Both the position numbers and the translations under genes were made by a program. Positions 12,722-21,768 of a DNA stretch of 64,000 bases are shown here, piece by piece. This stretch comes from Chlorobiota bacterium. GTDB taxonomy: Bacteria; Bacteroidota; Ignavibacteria; OLB7. Below the pieces are notes generated by a model, which searched no databases, was not told the origin of the DNA, and worked only from the letters and a program-made list of their open reading frames with translations. The stretch's first letter is position 1; each line of letters starts with the position of its first letter. Where the stretch lies: contig JAQBOZ010000017.1 of the NCBI GenBank assembly GCA_028287785.1, forward strand, positions 72,225 to 136,224, in the 5' to 3' direction.

Positions 12722-12749
12722 AACAATATCAGTTGCAACGGATATTGTT
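12722..12749. promoter_or_regulatory. 28-bp palindromic operator candidate upstream of yceI
   Basis: AACAATATC-A-GTTGCAAC-G-GATATTGTT. Confidence 0.6.
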
Positions 12750-12838
12750 GTGACGATTGTTTAATGTGAAGAATCTTTCAGCTTTCAAAGCCCCAATATG
12801 CTGAAATTTGACCACAATGGCCGAATTTATTGAGAGGA

Positions 12839-13516
12839 TCAGACGCCGCGGCGATCCGGCTCCCAGATGAACTTATGAAGCTGGAGCTGAAAGCGGACAT
12901 CGAGACCATCCTCCAGGATTCTCTGAACAAGCTCGATCGGTTCAATGCCCCCGAACACCGGGGAGATCAGCACCGCCTGCGCGCGGTTCGGCAGATCGTG
13001 GACGCGGATCATCTCCCGCGTCCATTCATAATCCTCGTGGGAGCCGCAGACGAACTTCACCTCATCATTCCGGGTCAGATGGGGGATATTCTCCAGATGG
13101 TTCCGCTTCATCATGCCGGAACTCGGCGTTTTGAGGTCCATGATCCTGATGGCGCGCGTGTCGCACGACGAGATATCGATATGCCCTCCCGTCTCCACGG
13201 CGACGGTATAGCCCTCATCGAGCAATTCGGAGATGAGGAGGTTGACCTCCGGCTGTTCCAGCGGCTCGCCCCCGGTAAACTCGACGAACCGGGAGGGATA
13301 TCGGTCGATCTCCCGTCTGATCTCATCAAAGCTCTTCCAGTCGCCGCCGACCCGGTGATCCAGCGCGTACGGTGTATCGCAGTAGGCACAGCGGAGGCCG
13401 CACCCGTGCAGGCGAACGAACACGCAGGGCATGCCGGCGCGCGTTCCCTCCCCCTGCACGGAGAAGAAGATCTCGCTCAGCTTGAGCATCCGCTCATGAA
13501 TGGGTGTGATCATCAC
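12839..13516 (-). CDS. queE: 7-carboxy-7-deazaguanine synthase (radical SAM)
   Basis: EIFFSVQGEG, CGLRCAYCDT, FTGGEPL, QLQLHKFIW; start overlaps the pheS stop. Confidence 0.9.
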   Translation of the reverse strand: MMITPIHERMLKLSEIFFSVQGEGTRAGMPCVFVRLHGCGLRCAYCDTPYALDHRVGGDWKSFDEIRREIDRYPSRFVEFTGGEPLEQPEVNLLISELLDEGYTVAVETGGHIDISSCDTRAIRIMDLKTPSSGMMKRNHLENIPHLTRNDEVKFVCGSHEDYEWTREMIRVHDLPNRAQAVLISPVFGGIEPIELVQRILEDGLDVRFQLQLHKFIWEPDRRGV

Positions 13517-14529
13517 GCCTGTTCCAGCAGCCGTACATCGTTTTCGTAGAGGACGCGGATATCATCCAGCCCCATTCTGAGCATTTCCGTCCGCTCGATT
13601 CCCATGCCGAACGCATAGCCGCTGTAGATCTCCGGGTCGATGCCGCAGTTGCGGAGGACATTTGGATGAACCATGCCGCAGCCGCCGATCTCCAGCCATC
13701 CGCTCCCCTTGCAGATCTTGCAGCCGGCCCCGCCGCAGAGGAAGCAGGAGATATCAATCTCCGCCGACGGCTCGGTGAAGGGGAAGTAGGAGGGGCGGAA
13801 ACGGAACTGCACATCGGCGCTGTAGTACGCCTTCGCGAACTCGAAGAGGGTCCCCTTCAACTGCGCCATCGTGACGCCGCGATCGATGTAGAGCCCCTCC
13901 ACCTGATGGAATTCCGCGAGCGCGCGGGCGGACACCGCCTCGTTGCGATAGACGCGTCCCGGCATGATGGCCCTGATCGGCGGCTTCTGCGACTGCATCA
14001 CCCGGATCTGCACCGGCGATGTATGCGTGCGGAGCACGATATCGTCCCGGTCGCCGACCTTCACGAAAAAGGTATCCTGCATATCGCGCGCGGGATGATC
14101 CGGCGTAAAGTTCAGCGCCTCGAAGTTGTGATAATCATCCTCCACAATCGGTCCGGTGGCAATCGCGAAGCCCATCCGCACGAAGATCTCCTCCATCCGC
14201 TCCTTCGCCGCCATGATGGGGTGGGGATGGCCGCGATAGAGCGTTCGGCCGGGGAGGGTGACATCGACGCGCTCCGTTGGCTGTGCCGCCGCAACGGACG
14301 CCTGTGCTTCGGCAAGCGCTCCCTCGGCCAGCGTCCGCAGCTCATTCAACGCCTGGCCGACCTCCCGTTTCTCCTCCTTCGGCACCTCGCGAAGCCGGTC
14401 GAACAGTTGTGCGATGGTCCCCTTGCGGACAAGGTGCTTCAGCCGGAAGCTCTCCGGGCCGCCGTTCGACGCGATGGCGGTGATGTCCTGTTCGATCTGT
14501 TTACGGAGTTCGGATATATCGTTGAGCAT
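13513..14529 (-). CDS. pheS: Phenylalanine--tRNA ligase alpha subunit
   Basis: HPARDMQDTF, LRTHTSPVQIR, FRPSYFPFTEPSAE and AFGMGIER motifs. Confidence 0.97.
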   Translation of the reverse strand: MLNDISELRKQIEQDITAIASNGGPESFRLKHLVRKGTIAQLFDRLREVPKEEKREVGQALNELRTLAEGALAEAQASVAAAQPTERVDVTLPGRTLYRGHPHPIMAAKERMEEIFVRMGFAIATGPIVEDDYHNFEALNFTPDHPARDMQDTFFVKVGDRDDIVLRTHTSPVQIRVMQSQKPPIRAIMPGRVYRNEAVSARALAEFHQVEGLYIDRGVTMAQLKGTLFEFAKAYYSADVQFRFRPSYFPFTEPSAEIDISCFLCGGAGCKICKGSGWLEIGGCGMVHPNVLRNCGIDPEIYSGYAFGMGIERTEMLRMGLDDIRVLYENDVRLLEQA

Positions 14530-14565
14530 GACGGGATTTCCAGGGAATGCTATAAGAGTGCCTGA

Positions 14566-14688
14566 CAGACTGTTGAAGCACGTCATCTGCGGCGTTGGCC
14601 TTCACCGTTCGCTCACTGCGGCGTCCGGGAGGACGCCGCATTCACTCAGGTTCGGCCGCCTTGCAGCTGATCGTCCTTGAACAGTCTG
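14566..14688. mobile_element. MITE-like 123-bp palindromic element between rplT and pheS
   Basis: Terminal inverted repeats CAGACTGTTGAAG / CTTGAACAGTCTG (12/13), complementary arms, perfect central stem TGCGGCGTCC-GGGA-GGACGCCGCA; no ORF. Confidence 0.55.
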
Positions 14689-14803
14689 AGCGCCGGAAGG
14701 ATTTCAACATCCTGTTAACGGAATGGACCGTTGTCTGAAAATACAAATCCCCTGATCGCGAACGAAAAGGGGATTGTTGAAAGTGTATGAGGATGATCGG
14801 AGC

Positions 14804-15151
14804 TTAACCGTTCACATGCTCCACGATCATCTTGAACACGTCAGGCTCGTGCATTGCGATCTCGGCGAGCACCTTCCGGTTGATCACCAGACCCTTCTTG
14901 TTCAATGCGTCGATCAGGCGGCTGTAGGTTGTCCCATTGATGCGCGCCGCGGCATTGATACGCACGATCCACAGACGGCGGAAATTTCTCTTCTTGAGAC
15001 GGCGATCGCGATATGCGTGCGAGAGCCCCTTCTCAATATGATTCTTGGCTATGGTCCAGACATTACTCCGTTCACCCCAGTAGCCTTTTGCCAGCTTTAA
15101 TATGCGCCGGCGGCGTTCGCGCGAGGCGACCTTGTTTTTTGAACGTGGCAT
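14804..15151 (-). CDS. rplT: 50S ribosomal protein L20
   Basis: MPRSKN...LAKGYWG...[25 protein letters not shown]. Confidence 0.97.
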   Translation of the reverse strand: MPRSKNKVASRERRRRILKLAKGYWGERSNVWTIAKNHIEKGLSHAYRDRRLKKRNFRRLWIVRINAAARINGTTYSRLIDALNKKGLVINRKVLAEIAMHEPDVFKMIVEHVNG

Positions 15152-15352
15152 TGATTCCCTTTACAGATTTTACGTTGAATATTGACGCAGGCGAGTATCT
15201 GTACGGCCTGAGGCCGTCGCCCTGTCTGAGTTGAACTGCCGAAAGGAGTGATGGAGATCACATCCCGCGGGCATCAGGGCACATGCGCCGTGCGCGTAAT
15301 TGAACATCGGCGACCGGAGGCCCGTGGGCATCCGGGCTGCTAACGCAGCATT

Positions 15353-15547
15353 CTACAGCCCGAGCATCCGTTTGATGCGCGGCTCATCGACGGCACCAAC
15401 GGTAACGGACTTGCGAAGCTGACGGAGGCGCTTCGGGGCCTTCTTCGTCAGGATATGGCTGCGATTCGCCGTCTCCCGCTTCAAGTGACCAGAGGCGGTA
15501 AGCTTGAAGCGCTTCGCCGCACTCTTCACGGTCTTCATCTTCGGCAT
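15353..15547 (-). CDS. rpmI: 50S ribosomal protein L35
   Basis: [20 protein letters not shown]...HILTKK; GAGGAG upstream. Confidence 0.95.
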   Translation of the reverse strand: MPKMKTVKSAAKRFKLTASGHLKRETANRSHILTKKAPKRLRQLRKSVTVGAVDEPRIKRMLGL

Positions 15548-15630
15548 GAATAGCTCCTCTATGAATCTGTTAACGACTGACTTCCGATGCTGGGATCGTT
15601 GGCGATCGCCGGGATGATCCGGCGATCCGA

Positions 15631-16182
15631 TCACTTCTTCTTCTTGATTTCCGGGGAAAGGATGATCGACATGTTTCTGCCGTCCATCCGAATCGCCTGG
15701 TCCACCTTGGCATCCTCATTCAACGCCAGGATGATCCCTTCGAGCAGTTCCCGCCCGATATTCTGATGGGTCATCTCACGTCCCTTGAAGACAACTGTGA
15801 ACTTTACCTTATGCCCTTCGAGCAGGAACTCGCGGGCATGGCGCGTTTTAAAATCGGTATCATGCGTATCGGTACGAGGGTGCAGACGAACCTCTTTCAG
15901 CTGCTGCTGATGCTGGTTCTTGCGCTGCGTCTTCTCGCGCTTCTGCTGCTCATACCTGAACTTGCCGAAGTCGATGATCTTGCAGACCGGTGGCGTGGCC
16001 TGCGGGGCGATCTCAACAAGATCGAGCTCCCGGTCCATCGCAAGCTGAAGGGCTTCGCGAGAGGACATCAGCCCGAGCTGTTCTCCATGCTCGTCGATCA
16101 CGCGGACGCGAGGTGCGCGGATCTCCCTGTTCACGCGCGGCTGCTGCTGGCGTGGGGCACTCTGTGACGGATTCCTGAGTAT
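15631..16182 (-). CDS. infC: Translation initiation factor IF-3, probable AUA start
   Basis: [35 protein letters not shown]; in-frame ATA 16 codons upstream of the track GTG, 7 nt after GGGAG. Confidence 0.93.
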   Translation of the reverse strand: MLRNPSQSAPRQQQPRVNREIRAPRVRVIDEHGEQLGLMSSREALQLAMDRELDLVEIAPQATPPVCKIIDFGKFRYEQQKREKTQRKNQHQQQLKEVRLHPRTDTHDTDFKTRHAREFLLEGHKVKFTVVFKGREMTHQNIGRELLEGIILALNEDAKVDQAIRMDGRNMSIILSPEIKKKK

Positions 16183-16382
16183 AGCCGTACTCCCGATTGT
16201 GAAGAAAGAAAAACAAATTCTACGGCAGACTAGCCGACAAAACTACGTAGTCCGAGTCTGACCGCAAAATTTTCGGTTTCCCGATTGAAGAAAAATGTCC
16301 ATCGCGACCCAAATAGTTACACCAGGCACGGGCCATCATCCCTCCAGTGAGGGGGATTCCGGCCGCCGGAGTAAATTCGGGG

Positions 16383-17246
16383 ATGGAGAAGATGCTCGAA
16401 CTGCGCGCCCCGGCCAAGATCAATCTTGGACTCGAAGTCATCCGTCGCCGACCGGATGGATATCACGATATCAACACGATATTCGCGGCGGTCGATCTCC
16501 ACGATACGATCTTCCTGAAGTCGCGCCCCGATAACGCCATCGACTGCCGTGTCGAGGGAAACGATTCCCTGACAAGCGACCGGAACAACCTCTGCGTCCG
16601 GGCCGCCGAAGCATTGCGAAACGCGACCGGATGCCGTCGCGGCCTGGATATCGCACTGCACAAGCGCATTCCGATGGGAGCCGGGCTGGGCGGTGGGAGT
16701 TCCGATGCGGCGGCCGTGCTGAAAGGCGCGGCAACGCTATGGGGAATCGATCCGGGCGACCGGGTTCTTCACGAGCTTGCGGCCGGCATCGGAAGCGATG
16801 TCCCGTTTTTTCTCGGGGCGCCTCTGGCAATCGCGGTTTCGCGGGGAGAGGAGCTTCGGGCGCTGGATATGAATCTCCCCCACGCCATCCTTCTGATCAA
16901 TCCCGGCATCCATGTCGCCACCCCCTGGGCATATGGGGCAGTCAACCGGGGCTCCGGGCGTTCCGCTTCCGACCTCACCACCATCCTTCAGCGCGGCCTT
17001 GTCAGTCCTGACCTGCTTGCCGGGCAGCTCGTGAACGATTTCGAGCCGGCGGTGTTTGCCGAGTATCCACTGCTGCGGATGCTCAAGGAGCGTCTTTACG
17101 AGGCCGGTGCCTTGTTCGCGCTGATGTCCGGCAGCGGATCGACAATGTTCGGGCTGTTCCAACGGATGGAGGATGCGCTCCATGCCGCCACGAACTTTCC
17201 CGGCTGCTGGCATGCCGTTACGCGGTTCGCGGCGCGCAGGGAGTGA
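16383..17246 (+). CDS. ispE: 4-diphosphocytidyl-2-C-methyl-D-erythritol kinase
   Basis: APAKINLGL, PMGAGLGGGSSDAA, IGSDVPFF, LMSGSGST; start could be 16392. Confidence 0.95.
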   Translation: MEKMLELRAPAKINLGLEVIRRRPDGYHDINTIFAAVDLHDTIFLKSRPDNAIDCRVEGNDSLTSDRNNLCVRAAEALRNATGCRRGLDIALHKRIPMGAGLGGGSSDAAAVLKGAATLWGIDPGDRVLHELAAGIGSDVPFFLGAPLAIAVSRGEELRALDMNLPHAILLINPGIHVATPWAYGAVNRGSGRSASDLTTILQRGLVSPDLLAGQLVNDFEPAVFAEYPLLRMLKERLYEAGALFALMSGSGSTMFGLFQRMEDALHAATNFPGCWHAVTRFAARRE

Positions 17247-17278
17247 AGGCGTCGGCATATGACGAACACATCGCGAAA

Positions 17279-18121
17279 TTATTCCTGTGACTGGCTGCTC
17301 TCGGCCAGGGAGATTGCCGGGAAGAGACGTCGTGGCTCCATATCGGGCTTTGGCGGGGCGACCGTAATTGGAATGCCGATGATGGGAAGATGGTACTGGT
17401 TGACCTTTCGGGCATCCACGAAGCCAACGCCGATCTTCCGCTGAAAGCGTTTGCCGGGGGGGAGCGCTATGCGTTCCCGCAGCAACGAGTCGCCCCACTG
17501 GCCGGTCATCACCCCGTTCAGTCGGCTGGCGAGGAGAGCTTCATCCCCATCCCGCATCACCCGGAGGCCGGGCAATGATGTGTCACCGAAGGCGATGATC
17601 CTGGCCGGCGAGCCGTTGTGGACATAGACAACGGAGCCCGTGGGGACCCTGCCGAAGAGCCGCGCCCCGGTCTCGTTTGCGATCCGTATGCACCCGTGCG
17701 AGGATGGGCGCTTTCCCAGAAAGCGGTAGTAGGATTTCCCATCCAGCCCATGAAAGCCGATGCCACCGTCAAACCCCATCCAGTAGTTCAGATAGACCTG
17801 AAATTCCTGCGACATCGTCTTTTTCGCCTTTGATTGCACGGAGAAGATGCCGGGTCTGGTGGCGATGCCATCCTCGATCTGCGGATTGCCGGTGGAGCAG
17901 GGATAGGTATCGATTCTTCCGCTTCTGAAGTGATGCAGGATCATCTGCCGATCCAGCCGAACTTCCAGGTACGAGGAGTCGAGCACGAACAGGGTATCGC
18001 GCAGCCTGCCGAATGAAGGACGATATGCCCCTCCTTCGGTGAAGCTGAAACGGTTCTGTCCATGGAGATTCCCGGCCCAGAAGGCGAGAGTCAGCAGGAT
18101 CGTGCTTGATAGACGGATCAT
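17279..18121 (-). CDS. L,D-transpeptidase (YkuD) family protein, exported
   Basis: GIGFHG...SSHGCIRI catalytic motif; signal peptide; TAAGTTTG box at 18162-18155 favours the ATG at 18121. Confidence 0.85.
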   Translation of the reverse strand: MIRLSSTILLTLAFWAGNLHGQNRFSFTEGGAYRPSFGRLRDTLFVLDSSYLEVRLDRQMILHHFRSGRIDTYPCSTGNPQIEDGIATRPGIFSVQSKAKKTMSQEFQVYLNYWMGFDGGIGFHGLDGKSYYRFLGKRPSSHGCIRIANETGARLFGRVPTGSVVYVHNGSPARIIAFGDTSLPGLRVMRDGDEALLASRLNGVMTGQWGDSLLRERIALPPGKRFQRKIGVGFVDARKVNQYHLPIIGIPITVAPPKPDMEPRRLFPAISLAESSQSQE

Positions 18122-18675
18122 GATTGCGGTTCCGGACGTTATCGAATGTCGTGGCAAACTTACGAAGAATAGAGGCCGCGCTCTGTTTTTTGAGGCCCGA
18201 AAGTAACCATTGTACGAGTTGGAATGTTTATTGAGGTAACGCCTGTCATGTGAAGGGTTTCAGTGGAGAAGGATTGGCAACCGGATGATGAGACGTGACA
18301 GGAGAACGGGAAGATCGATCACGTGTCGTGACATATATTCACGTTCAGGGTCTCAATCGGAAGAAGGTTAGGAATCCTTTAAGAAGAGGGCTTAACGTAT
18401 GACCACATGAGATGGAAGAGCCGGGAGATCACGATCCGAAGATCGTAATGTCTGAAGAGCCTTCAACTATTTGGTTGCTCATACGTTAAAATGATTACAG
18501 TGCATTAATTCAGGTTCCTTGACATTCCCCTTGCGAATTGAAAATTAGAGTAATTTCTTTGCAGGTGAGAGTGGTTATGCGAATGGCACGCATTTGGAAC
18601 TTAAAGTAGGTTAAAAGATGTTAACTATTCGAGCCTGAGAATGGACTGACAGGATAAGCTAAAAGTGTGTGAGGT

Positions 18676-19278
18676 ATGGTCATGAATTACACGTATAAAT
18701 ATCCGAGCAAGATCCAGAGCATCAACGGCCGTAGATTCGGTCACATCAACGTTGCCGAGGATCATCTTAACCAGACTCACAACGAGTTGCTGAGTCGGCT
18801 GGACGTACCAGAGAAGACCATTGCCGTGCAGGTGGAGGTCAATGCGCCAAAGGATAAGGTATGGGCGACCGCCGCGGGCTCCGTGGCAAAGTTCTTCTCG
18901 CATCATCCCATCTTCGTTGGCCTGACGCATCTCAACTCCTTCGGTTCGGAGGAAGGGGGACGCTTTGTGATCCATCGTGCAATCAGCGGCTGTATTTTCG
19001 ATAGAATCGGCGAAGTCTTGATAAATATGCCGGATTCGCAGTTTACCGTCAGCGATGTCGAAATCGCGGATCCAAGCGTCAGCGGGTTCTTCCCATCCCT
19101 CTATACGGTGAAGGTGGAGGAGCATCCGGATGATCCTCAGAAGACGATCGTCCTCCTGACCTATACGATGCTTGGGGTCGCTCATCCGTGGGCGCTCGGG
19201 GTGCTGGCCTATCAGGCCAACGGCATCAAGTATCATTCGGAACATCAACCGAACGCAAACCCCGGAGCTGCCATGTAA
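18676..19278 (+). CDS. SRPBCC/START-like ligand-binding protein
   Basis: IAVQVEVNAPKDKVW motif and typical length; GAGGT upstream; own terminator. Confidence 0.6.
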   Translation: MVMNYTYKYPSKIQSINGRRFGHINVAEDHLNQTHNELLSRLDVPEKTIAVQVEVNAPKDKVWATAAGSVAKFFSHHPIFVGLTHLNSFGSEEGGRFVIHRAISGCIFDRIGEVLINMPDSQFTVSDVEIADPSVSGFFPSLYTVKVEEHPDDPQKTIVLLTYTMLGVAHPWALGVLAYQANGIKYHSEHQPNANPGAAM

Positions 19279-19300
19279 GCTCGGTTCCGGTATGGATTTC

Positions 19301-19342
19301 GACGAGCCCGTGGCGTGCAAGCGCCCCGGGCTCGTTCTTTTT
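19301..19342 (+). terminator. Intrinsic terminator after the SRPBCC gene
   Basis: GACGAGCCCG...CGGGCTCGTT followed by CTTTTT. Confidence 0.7.
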
Positions 19343-19601
19343 CCACCCGGCCGTCGTGTTCCGGTCGGCACGATCGAGTTCAGAGCGCGGTGGGAGGGGC
19401 CGGTATTACACACTTCTTTATCCACGGATACGGCGGGCTGGCGGGACATTGTGTCAGGCGTGGTTACGATCTATTAAGAGCTATCGCGGTCGCCGCTATT
19501 ATGTTTGCATCGTTGACGTGATCGATTTCAGGACAACGGTGTCGGATTTCGGATCAGGAGCCACCCCCGCTCGGGGGAACATTCAATCGCCGGAGATATT
19601 T

Positions 19602-20729
19602 ATGGGACTGTTCAGCAACAATTCATCGAAAGGGACAATCACCGAGGAGCAGGTGCGAGCCGTGCTCTCGAAAATCGAGGATCCTGATCTCCATCGCGAT
19701 ATCGTCTCGCTCGGCTTTGTCAAGGACGTGGCGATCTCCGGGACGGATGTCAGGGTCGTGATTCAGTTGACCACGCCGGCCTGTCCCGTGAAGGACCAGA
19801 TGAAGGCGGCCGCCGAGGGATATATCCGCCAGCTTGGCGCCACCGCCGTGGACGTTCAGATGACCGCCCAGGTGGTCGGCGGGACCAGGGGGGGGGGCAT
19901 GCTTCCGGGGGTGAAGAACACAATCGCGGTCGCCTCGGGAAAGGGTGGGGTCGGGAAGTCGACGGTTGCAGTCAATCTCGCCGTCGCGCTGGCGCAGGAG
20001 GGGAGCAGGGTGGGGATGATCGACGCCGATATCTACGGCCCCTCCGCGCCGCTCATGTTCGGGCTGGCGGGCCAGCATCCGCGGCTCTACTCGAACGAGA
20101 AGGGAGAGCGGAAGTTCGAGCCGCTGGTGGCTCACGGCGTTCAGGTGATGTCGATCGGGTTTCTGGTCGATCCGGAGCAGCCGGTGATCTGGCGCGGCCC
20201 GATGGCCTCCGGCGCTCTGAAGCAGTTCATGTCCGATGTCGACTGGGGCGATCTCGATTATCTGATCTTCGACATGCCCCCCGGAACCGGCGATATCCAG
20301 CTTACGCTTACCCAGTCGATTCCCCTCACCGGCGCCGTGATCGTCACCACGCCCCAGGATATCGCCCTGGAGGATGCCCGCAAGGGGCTGAAGATGTTCG
20401 AGCGGGTGCAGGTGCCCGTGCTTGGGATCATCGAAAACATGAGCTACTTCATCGCCCCGGATACCGGAGCGCGTTACGATATCTTCTCGCATGGCGGTGG
20501 CGCGAAGGCTGCCGAAAAGATGAACGTCCCATTCCTTGGCGAGATCCCGCTGATCATGGAAATGCGGATCGGCAGCGATGAGGGAGTGCCGTACGTGGTG
20601 CGGAACCCGGAATCGGAGGAGGCGGGGAATATCAGGAAGATCGCCCGGGCGCTGGCCGCGCAGGTCTCCATCGCGAACATGGGGGGGGCCCAGCAGCCGA
20701 TACAGATCATTCTCGGGAACGACCAGTAA
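19602..20729 (+). CDS. apbC: Mrp/ApbC iron-sulfur cluster carrier ATPase
   Basis: N-terminal DUF59 (LTTPACP), ASGKGGVGKST, DADIYGPS, WRGPMA, DMPPGTGD. Confidence 0.93.
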   Translation: MGLFSNNSSKGTITEEQVRAVLSKIEDPDLHRDIVSLGFVKDVAISGTDVRVVIQLTTPACPVKDQMKAAAEGYIRQLGATAVDVQMTAQVVGGTRGGGMLPGVKNTIAVASGKGGVGKSTVAVNLAVALAQEGSRVGMIDADIYGPSAPLMFGLAGQHPRLYSNEKGERKFEPLVAHGVQVMSIGFLVDPEQPVIWRGPMASGALKQFMSDVDWGDLDYLIFDMPPGTGDIQLTLTQSIPLTGAVIVTTPQDIALEDARKGLKMFERVQVPVLGIIENMSYFIAPDTGARYDIFSHGGGAKAAEKMNVPFLGEIPLIMEMRIGSDEGVPYVVRNPESEEAGNIRKIARALAAQVSIANMGGAQQPIQIILGNDQ

Positions 20730-20741
20730 CCACGGGGCGCA

Positions 20742-21005
20742 ATGAACCCTTCGATGGAGCCAGCCTCCGAACCGGATATCGAGGAGCGGATACTCGCCGC
20801 CATTGCATCGATACGCCCCTATCTTCAGAAGGATGGCGGGGATGTGGAGTTCGTCAGGTTCGAGGCCGCGACCCGGACCTGCGAGATACGGATGGTCGGC
20901 TCCTGCGAACATTGCGCCCTTGCCCCGCTCACATTGCGGGCGGGGGTGGAGCAGGCGCTGATCCACAGCGTTCCGGAGATCCGGCGCGTGGAGCGGGTCA
21001 GGTAG
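20742..21005 (+). CDS. NifU/Nfu C-terminal domain protein
   Basis: IRPYLQKDGGDVEFV...GSCEHC motif; follows apbC. Confidence 0.9.
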   Translation: MNPSMEPASEPDIEERILAAIASIRPYLQKDGGDVEFVRFEAATRTCEIRMVGSCEHCALAPLTLRAGVEQALIHSVPEIRRVERVR

Positions 21006-21621
21006 AGCGTCGCGGCTTCAGGGCGCTTCGGGCGATCCATCGCCATGGAAACTCCGCCGCCCTGGTGATGCCGATTCTCGGGGTCGCCACGACCTCATCA
21101 TCAGGCAGCATCTCCCCTTTCTCGATTCTGACCCGGGCATCGGTCATCAGATCGGCGCCGTTCATCCCGGAACCGATGCCAAGCGCGATCACCAGCTTTC
21201 CGGGGCCGTTGGTCAGCTCGATATCACGGCGGGGTGTTTTTCCTCTGCGATCGCGCATCGCGTCGATGCCTTCCAGCGGCTCCACTCCTCTGATCAGCAC
21301 CGCCTCACCCCGGCCCTCTCCGCCGGTCACCACGTTGAAGCAATAGTACATGCCGTAGATAAAATAGATATAGACATGGCCGCCGGCCTGGAACATCGGC
21401 CTGTTCCGGTTGGTGGGGCCGCGGTACGCGTGGCTGGCGTGATCCTCCGTCCCGAGATACGCCTCGGTTTCGATGATCCTTCCGGTTGTCCGGATGCCAT
21501 CGATTTCGGTGACAAGGATATGGCCGATAAGCTCGCGCGCCACCGTCCGGGCATCGCGGGTGTAGAAGCTCCGCGGGAGACGCCTGCGGACATTGTTTCG
21601 GATCGGGGGAACACTACTCAT
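20998..21621 (-). CDS. DNA-3-methyladenine glycosylase (MPG/AAG family)
   Basis: GRIIETEAY, YIYFIYGMYYCFNVV, AVLIRG, NGPGKL and RIGI motifs. Confidence 0.93.
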   Translation of the reverse strand: MSSVPPIRNNVRRRLPRSFYTRDARTVARELIGHILVTEIDGIRTTGRIIETEAYLGTEDHASHAYRGPTNRNRPMFQAGGHVYIYFIYGMYYCFNVVTGGEGRGEAVLIRGVEPLEGIDAMRDRRGKTPRRDIELTNGPGKLVIALGIGSGMNGADLMTDARVRIEKGEMLPDDEVVATPRIGITRAAEFPWRWIARSALKPRRST

Positions 21622-21768
21622 CGTCGGCAGCCGTTTATCGGCCCATTACTATCGTAAGCGGACGGACACTCCCTTGCACACTCCGTGCCTGTGGAGTATG
21701 TTTGATGTCTTTCTTCGTGGAGAACTCCTCCATAGTGGAGTGTCTGCTCTGCTTCCTCGTGCTCTGCT

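Noticed and set aside
12839..13516. queE as a sign of a 7-deazaguanine DNA-modification (dpd) island
   Set aside because: No dpdA/tgt-like or other dpd genes nearby; the context is housekeeping translation genes
18584..18598. TGGCACG sigma-54-like -24 elements (here and near 58892)
   Set aside because: The -12 TTGC is missing at the required spacing in both cases
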